Positions 49,313 to 57,962 of a DNA stretch of 64,000 nucleotides are shown here, in pieces. Under the pieces are notes generated by a model that searched no databases, was not told the origin of the DNA, and saw nothing but the letters and a program-made list of their open reading frames with translations. The stretch covers positions 395,395 to 459,394 of the forward strand of contig OY282365.1 in NCBI GenBank assembly GCA_958295685.2, given 5' to 3'. Position 1 is the first letter of the stretch; every line of letters begins with the position of its first letter. This DNA comes from an uncultured Dehalococcoidia bacterium. Its GTDB lineage: Bacteria; Chloroflexota; Dehalococcoidia; Lucifugimonadales; CATQGZ01. Position numbers and translations under genes: made by a program.

Positions 49313-49428
49313 GGGGACTTCCCCTTCGGACCTCACAGAGTCTGAACAGTTACGCCCTCGCTGATTGGATTTGCGCAGAGATTCGGGACGGTGGTACAAT
49401 TCCTTCCGCCAAGGCTCCGTCAACGTAG

Positions 49429-49515
49429 ATTATAATCGATTGGGAGATCGGGGAGTCTCCGTTAACAAGCCTTGCACAAAATCGGAGGACGGGCTACGTG
49501 CCCGTCCTCTCCCCC
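49429..49515 (+). ncRNA. tracrRNA candidate
   Basis: ATTATAATCGATTGGGAGATCGGGGAGTCTCCGTTAAC can pair along almost the whole repeat. It is followed by AAGCCTTGCACAAAATC and an 11-bp hairpin GGAGGACGGGC-TACGT-GCCCGTCCTCT. It carries its own TATAAT at 49431-49436. Confidence 0.7.
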
Positions 49516-49626
49516 ATTCTTGAGGCCGCGCCCGTTCGTCTCCCGAGGCTCGGGAATCCTGATTCAGGCAATCTGCCGCCTACCCAGGCCCCCTCAGGTC
49601 CTCCGTGGTTCTGGTACACTCTGCGC

Positions 49627-49989
49627 ATGGAGAGGGCGCGGTTCGAGAGACTGGTCGCGGAGGCGCTGGAGAAGATACCGGACGAGATCGGCGCCGGTAT
49701 GGACAACCTGGACGTGGTGGTCGACGACTGGCCCACGCAGTCGCAGATGCTCGGATCGGGGATTGAGGAGGGAGAGTATCTCCTGGGGCTCTACGAAGGG
49801 CTGCCGCTGACCGAGCGGTACGACTACAGCATGGTGCTGCCGGACAAGATCACCCTGTTCCAGGGAGCTATCGAGGCCGTCTGCTCCACCGATGAAGAGG
49901 TGGTCCAGGAGGTGCGGGACACGGTGATACACGAGGTGGCGCACCACTTCGGCATCGACGACGAGCGGCTCCGGGAGATGGGTCTGTAG
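49627..49989 (+). CDS. Small zinc metallopeptidase-family protein (HExxH)
   Basis: ATG 49627 (MERARFERLV...). C-terminal TVIHEVAHHFGIDDERL. Confidence 0.75.
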   Translation: MERARFERLVAEALEKIPDEIGAGMDNLDVVVDDWPTQSQMLGSGIEEGEYLLGLYEGLPLTERYDYSMVLPDKITLFQGAIEAVCSTDEEVVQEVRDTVIHEVAHHFGIDDERLREMGL

Positions 49990-50010
49990 GGCAGCTACGG
50001 GCGCGCCGCC

Positions 50011-51651
50011 CTAGTCGTCGGGACCGAAGAGCTCATCCGTCTCGCGCTCGACCTGGGCCCTCAACTCCGCGGCGTCTCTGAAGCCCAGCTCCCTGTACGA
50101 CTCCGCGGAGCCGTATTCCCGCGTCTCGATGACGACGGGCATCGGCACGGCGTGCCCGAAGACGAGCGCCTGGCGCTTGGACTCCAGCCTCGCGAGCACG
50201 GAGCGCAGCCGCCGGCTGCCGGACACGCCGGTCATCACCGCGTCGAGGTCCTTCTCGTTGTCGAGCAGGCACGTGAGCTTGGTGCCCAGCTGACTCATCA
50301 CCTCGTCGTCGATCCCGCTGGGCCGCTGGTCCACGACGAGCAGTGTGACGTTGTACTTGCGCATCTCGCGGGCGATGGCGCCGAAGGTGGTCTGCGAGGC
50401 AACGCCCGGATTGAGGAACTTGTGGGCCTCTTCGATGGTGATCACCAGCGGCCTGGGCTTCCTGGCCTCGTCTCCCATCGCCTCCTCGGACTCTCTCTGG
50501 TAGCGCTCGTAGATGCGGCGGGTGAGGAGATTGGCGACCAGCACGTAGGCGGCCGTGTCGCTCCCGTAGCGCCCGAACTCGAGGACGACGTGCATCCCCC
50601 TGTCGAGGTACTGGAGGATGCGTCCAACGGAGTCGTGGCCCGAGCCCTTGTCCATGAACTTGAGTCGCTTGAGCCTGGACAGGCGGTTCTTCAGCGTGCT
50701 GAGCGCCCTCTCGTTGACGCTGAGGGCGCCGGCGAGGTCCCTGAAGGCGTCCCCCGTCGGGTGCTCCAGAAAGTGGGCGAGCCACGACTTCCCGAAGTGG
50801 CGCTGCAACGAATACGCCGCGTCGGCGGCCACGTCGGAGAGGCTGAGGCTCTCCCTGAGGAGCTGCACGTCCTCCGGCTCCACCTCGTCGAGACCTACAC
50901 GGACTACATAGTCGGGGGTGAGCCCGCGACGGCGCGAACTCTCCTCGTCGAGCGAGAAGACGGCGACCCTGGACGGGAAGAGCTGCTTCAGTCCCTTCAC
51001 CTCGCGCGAATCCTCGCTGTAGCCCTTCCAGCCGTACTCGCTCTGCATGTCGAAGACGAGGTTGCTGGCTGCCCCGCTCTGAAGGATGCCGGCGAGCAGG
51101 AGCCTGGTGAGAAAGGTCTTGCCGGTGCCGCTCTTGCCGAAGACGCCGTTGCTGCGCATCACGAACTCCGGCACGTCCAGGCAGAGCCGTGTCTCCATGT
51201 CGAGAGGGCTGCCTATCCAGAAGTGGCGCTCGTCCTCCTCGCCGAAGACGAGCCGCACGTCGTCCTCGGAGGCGAGGTGGACAGGGGAGAAGTGGGGCGG
51301 GATGGTCTTCGCGGGCTGAGGCCCCTCTACCAACGCCAGCGGGTCGTTGCTCAGCGCCAGCACGGGCTCCACGTCCAGGGCGCCGAAGGCCGCGGTTCCG
51401 AGGAGCGCCTCCGCGATGAACGGGTCTGATACGTCAGGCGGCGCGGCGCTCATGTAGGCGTCCGAGGTCTCCAGGGAGACGTTGCTGACGACGGCGAAGA
51501 ACCGCAACAGCTTCCCGCGCGCCGTAACGTACCTGCCCACCCTGACGTCCTCGACGTTGACGCCGCGGTCGAGACGCACCCTGAGCCCGTCGGTCAGGGA
51601 ACCCTTGACCACCACGCCGAGACGTCCTTCCTGGCCTGGAGAGTCGTTCAT
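50011..51651 (-). CDS. HerA-like (DUF87, FtsK-HerA superfamily) ATPase
   Basis: ATG 51651 overlaps the upstream stop (ATGA). N-terminal HAS-barrel-like LGVVVKGSLTDGLRVRL...RFFAVVSNV. Walker A GKSGTGKT, Walker B LVITIEEAHKF, and VVDQRPS. Confidence 0.8.
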   Translation of the reverse strand: MNDSPGQEGRLGVVVKGSLTDGLRVRLDRGVNVEDVRVGRYVTARGKLLRFFAVVSNVSLETSDAYMSAAPPDVSDPFIAEALLGTAAFGALDVEPVLALSNDPLALVEGPQPAKTIPPHFSPVHLASEDDVRLVFGEEDERHFWIGSPLDMETRLCLDVPEFVMRSNGVFGKSGTGKTFLTRLLLAGILQSGAASNLVFDMQSEYGWKGYSEDSREVKGLKQLFPSRVAVFSLDEESSRRRGLTPDYVVRVGLDEVEPEDVQLLRESLSLSDVAADAAYSLQRHFGKSWLAHFLEHPTGDAFRDLAGALSVNERALSTLKNRLSRLKRLKFMDKGSGHDSVGRILQYLDRGMHVVLEFGRYGSDTAAYVLVANLLTRRIYERYQRESEEAMGDEARKPRPLVITIEEAHKFLNPGVASQTTFGAIAREMRKYNVTLLVVDQRPSGIDDEVMSQLGTKLTCLLDNEKDLDAVMTGVSGSRRLRSVLARLESKRQALVFGHAVPMPVVIETREYGSAESYRELGFRDAAELRAQVERETDELFGPDD

Positions 51652-52274
51652 GGAGACAGCCTCCTCAGGATACCGCTCAGGCGCAGCGTGTCCCGGCCGA
51701 GGAGGACGGCCAGCTCGCGGCCCGCTTCGACCAGGAACCCGTGAGGATCCGGATGGCACAGGCTGGCCTGCCTGACGAAGGAGGCGGCCACGTCGTCGGG
51801 AGAGGGAACGGGCGCGGAGAGGAGAATCGTGAGGAAGTCGAGAGACGACGTGAAGGCCTGTGACTCGTCGGCGCCGCAGGAGTAGACGAATGCGTGTATC
51901 CTGGGCGGCCTCGGAGCGAGGAAGCGCATGGTCTCGCCGTCGAGCGCGTGGCCGACTACCAGGGCGCGGAACTCCGTTCGCAGGAGACGGCTCAGCTGGG
52001 GATTGTTGCGGTAGATGTCCTCCTCCGTATCCTCGTCGCGGCCGCGCGCAATCGGGCGCCTGCCCGGGTCTATGCTGGTGGTCGCAACCTCGCCGACGAC
52101 GCCGTAGACGGGGCCCTCCGCGCCGCATCGGACGAGGGCTCCGAGCGGAGGCGCCCCATAGAGCTCGTAGCAGTGGACCATGAAGTGGTCGGTCGATGCC
52201 TCGACCACTTCACCGAGGCGGTCGGGCCGTTGTTTCGGGTTGGCCGTCTCTTCCATAGCGTGCCTCACAGCCAT
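51648..52274 (-). CDS. Hypothetical protein with HAS-barrel-like N-terminus (start 52274 or 52256)
   Basis: About 208 aa. LGEVVEASTDHFMVHCYELYGAPPLGALVRCGAEGPVYGVVGEVAT parallels the barrel of the downstream ATPase. Sandwiched between NurA-like and HerA-like genes. Confidence 0.5.
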   Translation of the reverse strand: MAVRHAMEETANPKQRPDRLGEVVEASTDHFMVHCYELYGAPPLGALVRCGAEGPVYGVVGEVATTSIDPGRRPIARGRDEDTEEDIYRNNPQLSRLLRTEFRALVVGHALDGETMRFLAPRPPRIHAFVYSCGADESQAFTSSLDFLTILLSAPVPSPDDVAASFVRQASLCHPDPHGFLVEAGRELAVLLGRDTLRLSGILRRLSP

Positions 52275-53479
52275 CTCAGCCGCTTGGAGCGGCTCTTCTC
52301 CGAAGTGCGTACCGGCAGCGCCTGGTCGTGGAGGGCCGTATCCACCTGCTCGACGAAGAGGCGCCGGTCGCCGGCGCTGATGACGGCCTGCTCGTGCGCC
52401 TCCATCAGCGCGACCGGGTACCCCTGCCCAAGGCGGCACTGTTCGAACGCCAGGGAGTGGGTCAGGTCGAGCAGCGCTGGGTCGGCCGCCACCCACGAGG
52501 GCGTCTCCACCCGGGCGACCTCCTCGCCGGCGTGGAGGTAGAAGAAGCACACCTCCTGGCCGGAGTAGTGGTTGGCCACGAGGGGCGAGGAGCTGCGGAA
52601 CAGACCAGACCGCTGTCCCGGCCGCAGAATGTCCCAGAACAGATCCCTGTCGACCACGCCATCGGCCACGTCGTCGCACGGCCGGGCGCCCGGGGCCGTC
52701 TCTCGGCAGTGCCGTTCGCACTCCGCGGCATGGTACGGACAGGCGGCCAGCCGCAGGGCGTTGACCACTTCCACCCCTGCGGGCATGCTCACGTAGCTGG
52801 CGACCGCCAACGGCCGATCGGCGGCCAGACCCCTGAGGCGGTCGAGCGCCTCCATGAGGCCGTTGTCGACCAGGTCGCGCCTGACGTAGTCCTCATAACC
52901 GTGGCCGGAGATGCCGATCATTATGAGGGAGCCGTCCATGATTGCCAGGGTCGGCAGGTCGTCAGGAAGCATGGCGGCGGTCTCGGCCAACGCGGTGGCC
53001 TCCTCGGCCATGCGCTTGGCTGCCAGGACGTTGCCTTCGATCCACACCTGCCGGAAGTGGGAGTCGGGGTCTCGGATGACGAGCTCGTCGGCTTCGGCGT
53101 AGAGACGGGCGCGGCTGCTCAGTTCGGCGTTGGGCCGTGAGCCGTAGGTCAGAGACGCTACGCCGACGTTTATCACGTAGCACCGAGCCGGCATGTTCCG
53201 GTCGGCGCCGATGTCCGACCCGTCGGTCGCGATGACGCGGTAGTCGTCCGGCGGAGGCTGGGCCGGGTACGCGGCCCCGGGGCTGTCCGACGCCGTCGGC
53301 AGCCTCCACGCCGCTGCGGGTCCACTGCGGTTGCGCTTGTCCTCGTAAGACACGGGGTCGAACCCGCGGGCGGTTTCCAGTGCGCGCTCGAGCCGCTGCC
53401 GCTTCTCGTAGGCCCGGCCCTTGAGGCCGGCGGCCATACGGTCGATCTGCATCGCTGTGTTGCCCAGGTCGAGCGGCAT
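52265..53479 (-). CDS. NurA-like nuclease
   Basis: ATG 53479, 1 nt after the upstream TAG. NurA signature Asp motifs VIATDGSDIG and LAIMDGSLIM. Confidence 0.7.
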   Translation of the reverse strand: MPLDLGNTAMQIDRMAAGLKGRAYEKRQRLERALETARGFDPVSYEDKRNRSGPAAAWRLPTASDSPGAAYPAQPPPDDYRVIATDGSDIGADRNMPARCYVINVGVASLTYGSRPNAELSSRARLYAEADELVIRDPDSHFRQVWIEGNVLAAKRMAEEATALAETAAMLPDDLPTLAIMDGSLIMIGISGHGYEDYVRRDLVDNGLMEALDRLRGLAADRPLAVASYVSMPAGVEVVNALRLAACPYHAAECERHCRETAPGARPCDDVADGVVDRDLFWDILRPGQRSGLFRSSSPLVANHYSGQEVCFFYLHAGEEVARVETPSWVAADPALLDLTHSLAFEQCRLGQGYPVALMEAHEQAVISAGDRRLFVEQVDTALHDQALPVRTSEKSRSKRLRWL

Positions 53480-53480
53480 T

Positions 53481-53987
53481 CTACCCGAGCTCCACGCGGT
53501 CGCTCTCGAAGACGACCCACCGCCCCGCGAATCCGACGCGCACCCTTCCGAGGCGTCTGATCTCAATACGGAGCCGGTCGAGCCGCCTCGTGACCTCCGA
53601 ATCGTCGGTCGTGGTCTGCGCTCCGGCCACCGACTCTCCCCAGAGACCTCTCTGGGGGAGCCTCTTGATGAGTTCGATCAGCCTGTCCAAAAAGAGTGTG
53701 AAGGCCATCTTGCAGAGGGATTCCAGAGGGTCGGCCTCGAGCGGATCGAAGAACGCAAGCCTGAGAACGAGCCTGTCCTCTTCCGGCATGGCCCACACTC
53801 GCAGCGCCGGGTATGGGGGTTCGGCGAACAGGTCGTGGGACGGGTCGCTCGCGCGGGCAGCGGCCCGGAGGGCGGCCTGAAGTGTGCGCAGCAGGGACGA
53901 GACGTTGGACACGGACAGATAGCCCGTGTCCAGCACGACTTCCAGGAGATGCTGCCCGTCCTCGACAGGCCTGCCGTCGGTCTCCAT
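53481..53987 (-). CDS. Hypothetical protein, first gene of the NurA/HerA operon
   Basis: 168 aa with a GGGAG RBS and no recognisable motif. Starts 24 nt downstream of the selB stop. Confidence 0.5.
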   Translation of the reverse strand: METDGRPVEDGQHLLEVVLDTGYLSVSNVSSLLRTLQAALRAAARASDPSHDLFAEPPYPALRVWAMPEEDRLVLRLAFFDPLEADPLESLCKMAFTLFLDRLIELIKRLPQRGLWGESVAGAQTTTDDSEVTRRLDRLRIEIRRLGRVRVGFAGRWVVFESDRVELG

Positions 53988-54011
53988 CCATGGCTCCCGT
54001 TGTAATGTCCC

Positions 54012-55916
54012 CTAGCGCAGAACTCTGGCATCCCCCACGCGGCGGGTTATGCGCTGATGGTCGAGGTGGTCCATCAGGGCGAGGGCGTACTTCCTGCTCG
54101 TACCGAACATGTCCCTGACGTCGGCGACGGTGACCTCTCCTCGCTCCTTGATACGCGCGGATATTCTATCAGCCATCTCAGCATACGCGGAGACGGCGAA
54201 CACGACGCCCCCGCCGGCCTTCACCACCTTGCCTTGGTCTACGAGCAGGTTCAACAGGTCCGGGTCGATGTCGGAGTCGGTCGGCGGGGAATATGGCGAT
54301 GACTCCAGCAACTCGACGTAGGCCTGAGTCGCCTTGCGGTCGGCCTCGGTAAGCCCCGGCTCATGGCCCGGCGCTCGCACGAGAGTCCCCTCTTCGACCA
54401 GAACCCCCTCGCTCACAAGCCCCGGCATGACGTCGCTGAAGATCTGAGGAATCACGCCGAGCCTGCTCCGGATCTCCTCTTTGGGGGCGCCCGTCCGGAG
54501 CGGGAAGCGCCGGTGATAGCCGCCCAGGAAGTCGCGCGCTCTGGCTGCGACCTCGTCCCAGCCCGGACGGGTATACAGCCGCACGCCGGGTCCCAGTGGA
54601 CGGCTGCCCAGCGCCACGACCAGACCCCCTTCGGCCATGGCGTCAAGCTCGGCCCTAGCCGCGGCAGGATCGAGGTTGGCCTTGTTCACCACAGACTCGA
54701 ACACGGCGGGCTCCGACGATGCTATGGTCGCGAGGAGCATGTCCCTGACGGAACCCTCTTCCATAACCGTCAGGCGCTCGAGGGTGGGAGCGAACCCGCG
54801 GCGATGCCGTTTCGCGTGCGTCTCGACGACGCTGCCGCCTCCAAGAGTCGTCTGGTTTGACCTGATTACAAAGTAGTCGCCCCGGGCCGCCGAGACGGGC
54901 GAGCTGAGCTTGAGCTGGGCCCACACGGTGTCCCCTGGCTCGGCCCGGTCGGCATCGAGCAGCCGGAGCCTGCAGACGACCTCGCTGCTGCCGGTGTGAA
55001 GAGTGACGTGGGTGTTGTGCCTGAGAGGGTAGGGGGCCCGGTCGAGCACGCGCAGGTGGACGTCGATGGCCGTAGTGGGGGCCAGCCAGCCGGGTATGGT
55101 CAGAACCTCGCCCCGCGCTACGCTCTCGTGTGGGATGGCCGCGATGTTGACCGCCACCCTGCTGCCGGGCTCGGCCCGCTCCAAACTCTTGCGGTGAGTC
55201 TGCAGACCCCTGATTCTGGTACTGCGGCCGGAGAGCGCCAGCTCGACTTCCTGCCCGACGTCGAGGTCGCCGTCGACGAGTGTGCCGGTGACCACCGTCC
55301 CGAAGCCGGACATCGCGAAGGAGCGGTCTATAGGCAGGCGCGGTCGCCCGAGATTCCGCTTGGGCTCCGCCTTCCTCAGGAGCGAGTCGATAGCCGAGAC
55401 CAGATCGTCCATCCCCTCCCCGGTCAGAGAGGATACGGCCAGCACGGGTGAGCCCTCGAGAGCCGTTCCGTCCAGGAGGTCGTCGACGTCCGCGGTGACG
55501 AGCTCCAGCCAGTCGTCGTCAACGAGGTCTCTCTTCGTCACCGCGACGACTCCGAGGCTCACGCGCAGCATGTCCAGGATGGCCAGGTGCTCTCGAGTCT
55601 GGGGCATCACCGCTTCGTCCGCCGCCACCACTAGGAGCGCCAGATCGATCCCTCCGACGCCCGCAAGCATGTTGTTCACGAACCGCTCGTGGCCTGGCAC
55701 GTCGACGATGCTGACCTCGTTGCCGTTCGGCAGCCGGAGCCAGGCGAAGCCGAGGTCTATGGTCATACCGCGCTCTTTTTCGGCCTTGAGGCGGTCCGGG
55801 TCGATTCCTGTAAGCGCCCGTACCAGTGCGGACTTGCCGTGGTCGACGTGTCCGGCGGTGCCGACTACAAACACGGTGGCGGCCCCACGTTCGGAAGGAT
55901 GGCCTGAGAATAGCAC
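54012..55916 (-). CDS. selB: Selenocysteine-specific elongation factor SelB
   Basis: GTPase motifs GTAGHVDHGKS, DVPGHERF and TKRD, then winged-helix C-terminal domains. An alternative GTG start at 55874 gives MFVVGTAGH. Confidence 0.9.
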   Translation of the reverse strand: MLFSGHPSERGAATVFVVGTAGHVDHGKSALVRALTGIDPDRLKAEKERGMTIDLGFAWLRLPNGNEVSIVDVPGHERFVNNMLAGVGGIDLALLVVAADEAVMPQTREHLAILDMLRVSLGVVAVTKRDLVDDDWLELVTADVDDLLDGTALEGSPVLAVSSLTGEGMDDLVSAIDSLLRKAEPKRNLGRPRLPIDRSFAMSGFGTVVTGTLVDGDLDVGQEVELALSGRSTRIRGLQTHRKSLERAEPGSRVAVNIAAIPHESVARGEVLTIPGWLAPTTAIDVHLRVLDRAPYPLRHNTHVTLHTGSSEVVCRLRLLDADRAEPGDTVWAQLKLSSPVSAARGDYFVIRSNQTTLGGGSVVETHAKRHRRGFAPTLERLTVMEEGSVRDMLLATIASSEPAVFESVVNKANLDPAAARAELDAMAEGGLVVALGSRPLGPGVRLYTRPGWDEVAARARDFLGGYHRRFPLRTGAPKEEIRSRLGVIPQIFSDVMPGLVSEGVLVEEGTLVRAPGHEPGLTEADRKATQAYVELLESSPYSPPTDSDIDPDLLNLLVDQGKVVKAGGGVVFAVSAYAEMADRISARIKERGEVTVADVRDMFGTSRKYALALMDHLDHQRITRRVGDARVLR

Positions 55917-56101
55917 AGGCAGGGCGAAAAAATCTGCGCCTGCGCTCTCGTTTGCAAACCGACCGGCGGGTAGCTGCGATGCAACTCTTGTGAGTGAGCC
56001 GTCGTGGGAGCCGATGGAACCTTTTCGATCCCTCAGTCGTCATAGCAGTACGGGCCAAAAAACGATGTTCCGTTGGAGACGAAGATACACCAGGAGGGGT
56101 C

Positions 56102-57910
56102 ATGAACAGCTATATGACGGCGGTGACGTTGACCATAGCCTGCGTGCTCACGCTCGCAGCCTGCGGCGGCTCAAGCGGTGAAATCGTGGCCGATAAGTCA
56201 GTCGGAGAGGCGCCCATAGAGCAGACCGTACCCCGTGAAGTCGTCAAAGAGGCGCCCATAGAGCAGCCCGTAACCCGTGAAGTCGTCAAAGAGGTACCCG
56301 CAGAGGAGACCGTGCCCCGTGAGGTCGTCAAAGAGGTCACCGTGGAGAAGCAGGTCGTGGTCGAAAGGGAGGTGGAGGCTGCCAGTGAGATGATAGCGAG
56401 TGCGGCGCCAGCTCCGGCGGCCCAGGCCGCTCCGTATGCTACGGCGGCTCCGATGGCAGCGGCGGCCCCGCAAAGCGGGCCCCCGGCGGCCACGACGTTC
56501 CGGGACTACCAGCGGTCGAGGTTCGTCTCGGCAGCCGAAGACAGCGTATCCACCTTCAGCCTCGATACCGACCGCACCTCGTACCATCTGGCCCTCAACT
56601 GGGCCAGATCGGGTTACGACGTGGAACCCGACTCCGTGAGGGCTGAGGAGTGGATCAACGCCTTCGACTACGGTTACGATCCGCCCCGGCGCAGCGACAG
56701 CTTCGCCATATCCACCGACGTCTTCAGACATCCGCTGGACGGTCGCAAGCACCTGGCGCGCATCGCCTTCCAGGCCCCGGAGATGCGTGACGACGCCCCT
56801 CTCAACGTCACCCTGGTACTCGACTCGTCAGGGTCGATGCGCGAGGGCAACCGTGTCGACGTCGCGCGGGAGGCCGCCGAGAGCATCAGGCGGAGCCTGA
56901 GCAGCCGCGACCGCATAGCCGTCGTGCACTTCAGCTCCGACGTCATTGACGATCTGACGGTCGAGCACAGAGACCCTGACGACCCTGACGTGACGCGGTC
57001 GATCGGCCGGCTCGCGCCTCGCGCATCCACAAACGTCCAGGCGGGCCTGAACCTCGGCGTTCGGCTTGCCGATCAGGCTCGCTACCAGCGCCCGGAAGCC
57101 TACAACTACGTCATCCTGATGTCGGACGGCGTGGCCAACGTGGACGCCACCGACCCGTTCGCCATACTGGAGTCGGTGGGCGGTGGGGACAGCCGCAACC
57201 CGCTGCGGCTCATCACGATCGGCGTGGGGATACAGAACTACAACGACTACCTGCTGGAGCAGCTGGCACAGCACGGCAACGGCTGGTACCGCTACCTCAG
57301 CACGACCGATCAGGCCCGGGCGACGTTCGCCCGGGACAACTGGCTGGCTCTGTCCACACCCTTCGCGGACCAGACCCGCGCCCAGGTAACCTGGGACCCG
57401 GACGTGGTGACCGCATGGCGCTTGATCGGCTACGAGAACAGGGTCACGTCGGACGAATCCTTTGCTCAGGCCCGAAAGGAGTTCGCGGAGATACCGGCGG
57501 GAGCCGCCGCCACCGTCTTCTACGAACTGGAGCTGAGGTACGAGTCGTGGAGCGGGGCCGTGAGCCTGGGCGACGTCGAGGTGAGGTGGAGCACGCCCTC
57601 CACGGGCGAGTCGAACCGACAGCACGCCGCCATCCTGAGCAGGCCGGGCGCCGAATTCGATACCCTGGACGACGCCCTGCTCCGGCTGGGCGCCATAGTC
57701 GCCCTATCGTCCGACCTGTACGGCAGCCTGCCGTACGTCGACTACGCCGACTCTCTCGTGCATCGGGACCTGGCCGCCCTGCTCGACGAGTTGCGGCCCT
57801 TGGAGAGGCACCTCGGTGACCTGGGCGCGTACCGAGACTTCGCGTTTCTGATGGAGCGCGTCACGCGCAGCTCCAGGGAGATGGCGCAGCCCTCCGGGTA
57901 CAGTCGCTAG
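56102..57910 (+). CDS. Lipoprotein with von Willebrand factor A domain (YfbK-like)
   Basis: ATG 56102 after AGGAGG. Lipobox LTLAAC. Three 42-bp tandem repeats (EAPIEQTVPREVVK). MIDAS motif LVLDSSGSM. WRLIGYENR C-terminal domain. Confidence 0.85.
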   Translation: MNSYMTAVTLTIACVLTLAACGGSSGEIVADKSVGEAPIEQTVPREVVKEAPIEQPVTREVVKEVPAEETVPREVVKEVTVEKQVVVEREVEAASEMIASAAPAPAAQAAPYATAAPMAAAAPQSGPPAATTFRDYQRSRFVSAAEDSVSTFSLDTDRTSYHLALNWARSGYDVEPDSVRAEEWINAFDYGYDPPRRSDSFAISTDVFRHPLDGRKHLARIAFQAPEMRDDAPLNVTLVLDSSGSMREGNRVDVAREAAESIRRSLSSRDRIAVVHFSSDVIDDLTVEHRDPDDPDVTRSIGRLAPRASTNVQAGLNLGVRLADQARYQRPEAYNYVILMSDGVANVDATDPFAILESVGGGDSRNPLRLITIGVGIQNYNDYLLEQLAQHGNGWYRYLSTTDQARATFARDNWLALSTPFADQTRAQVTWDPDVVTAWRLIGYENRVTSDESFAQARKEFAEIPAGAAATVFYELELRYESWSGAVSLGDVEVRWSTPSTGESNRQHAAILSRPGAEFDTLDDALLRLGAIVALSSDLYGSLPYVDYADSLVHRDLAALLDELRPLERHLGDLGAYRDFAFLMERVTRSSREMAQPSGYSR

Positions 57911-57916
57911 ACCCCA

Positions 57917-57961
57917 GAAGCCCCATTCCCTGATGTTCCACGCATCAGGGAATGGGGCTTC
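57917..57961. terminator. Long perfect hairpin between convergent genes (possible bidirectional terminator)
   Basis: GAAGCCCCATTCCCTGATG-TTCCACG-CATCAGGGAATGGGGCTTC, a 19-bp stem with no clear U tract. Confidence 0.5.
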
Positions 57962-57962
57962 C

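Noticed and set aside
49040-49353. MITE interpretation extended to all five cassette copies.
   Set aside because: Clear inverted repeats flank only copy E. Copy D has one matching motif on the left and only a weak, LexA-box-overlapping match on the right. Copies A-C show none. Mobility is therefore suggested for E only.
50011-52128. Long N-terminal extensions in track ORFs (HerA 705 aa; also 26136-27803, 43579-44802, 23563-24903, 51648-52721, 52265-53566).
   Set aside because: The extensions are Arg/Pro-rich, overlap the upstream gene, and in each case an internal start with stop/start coupling or an RBS gives a protein of family-typical length.
54012-55916. Selenoprotein gene or SECIS element expected near selB.
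   Set aside because: No neighbouring ORF is visibly interrupted by an in-frame TGA followed by a hairpin. Nothing can be claimed without a SECIS search over the whole genome.
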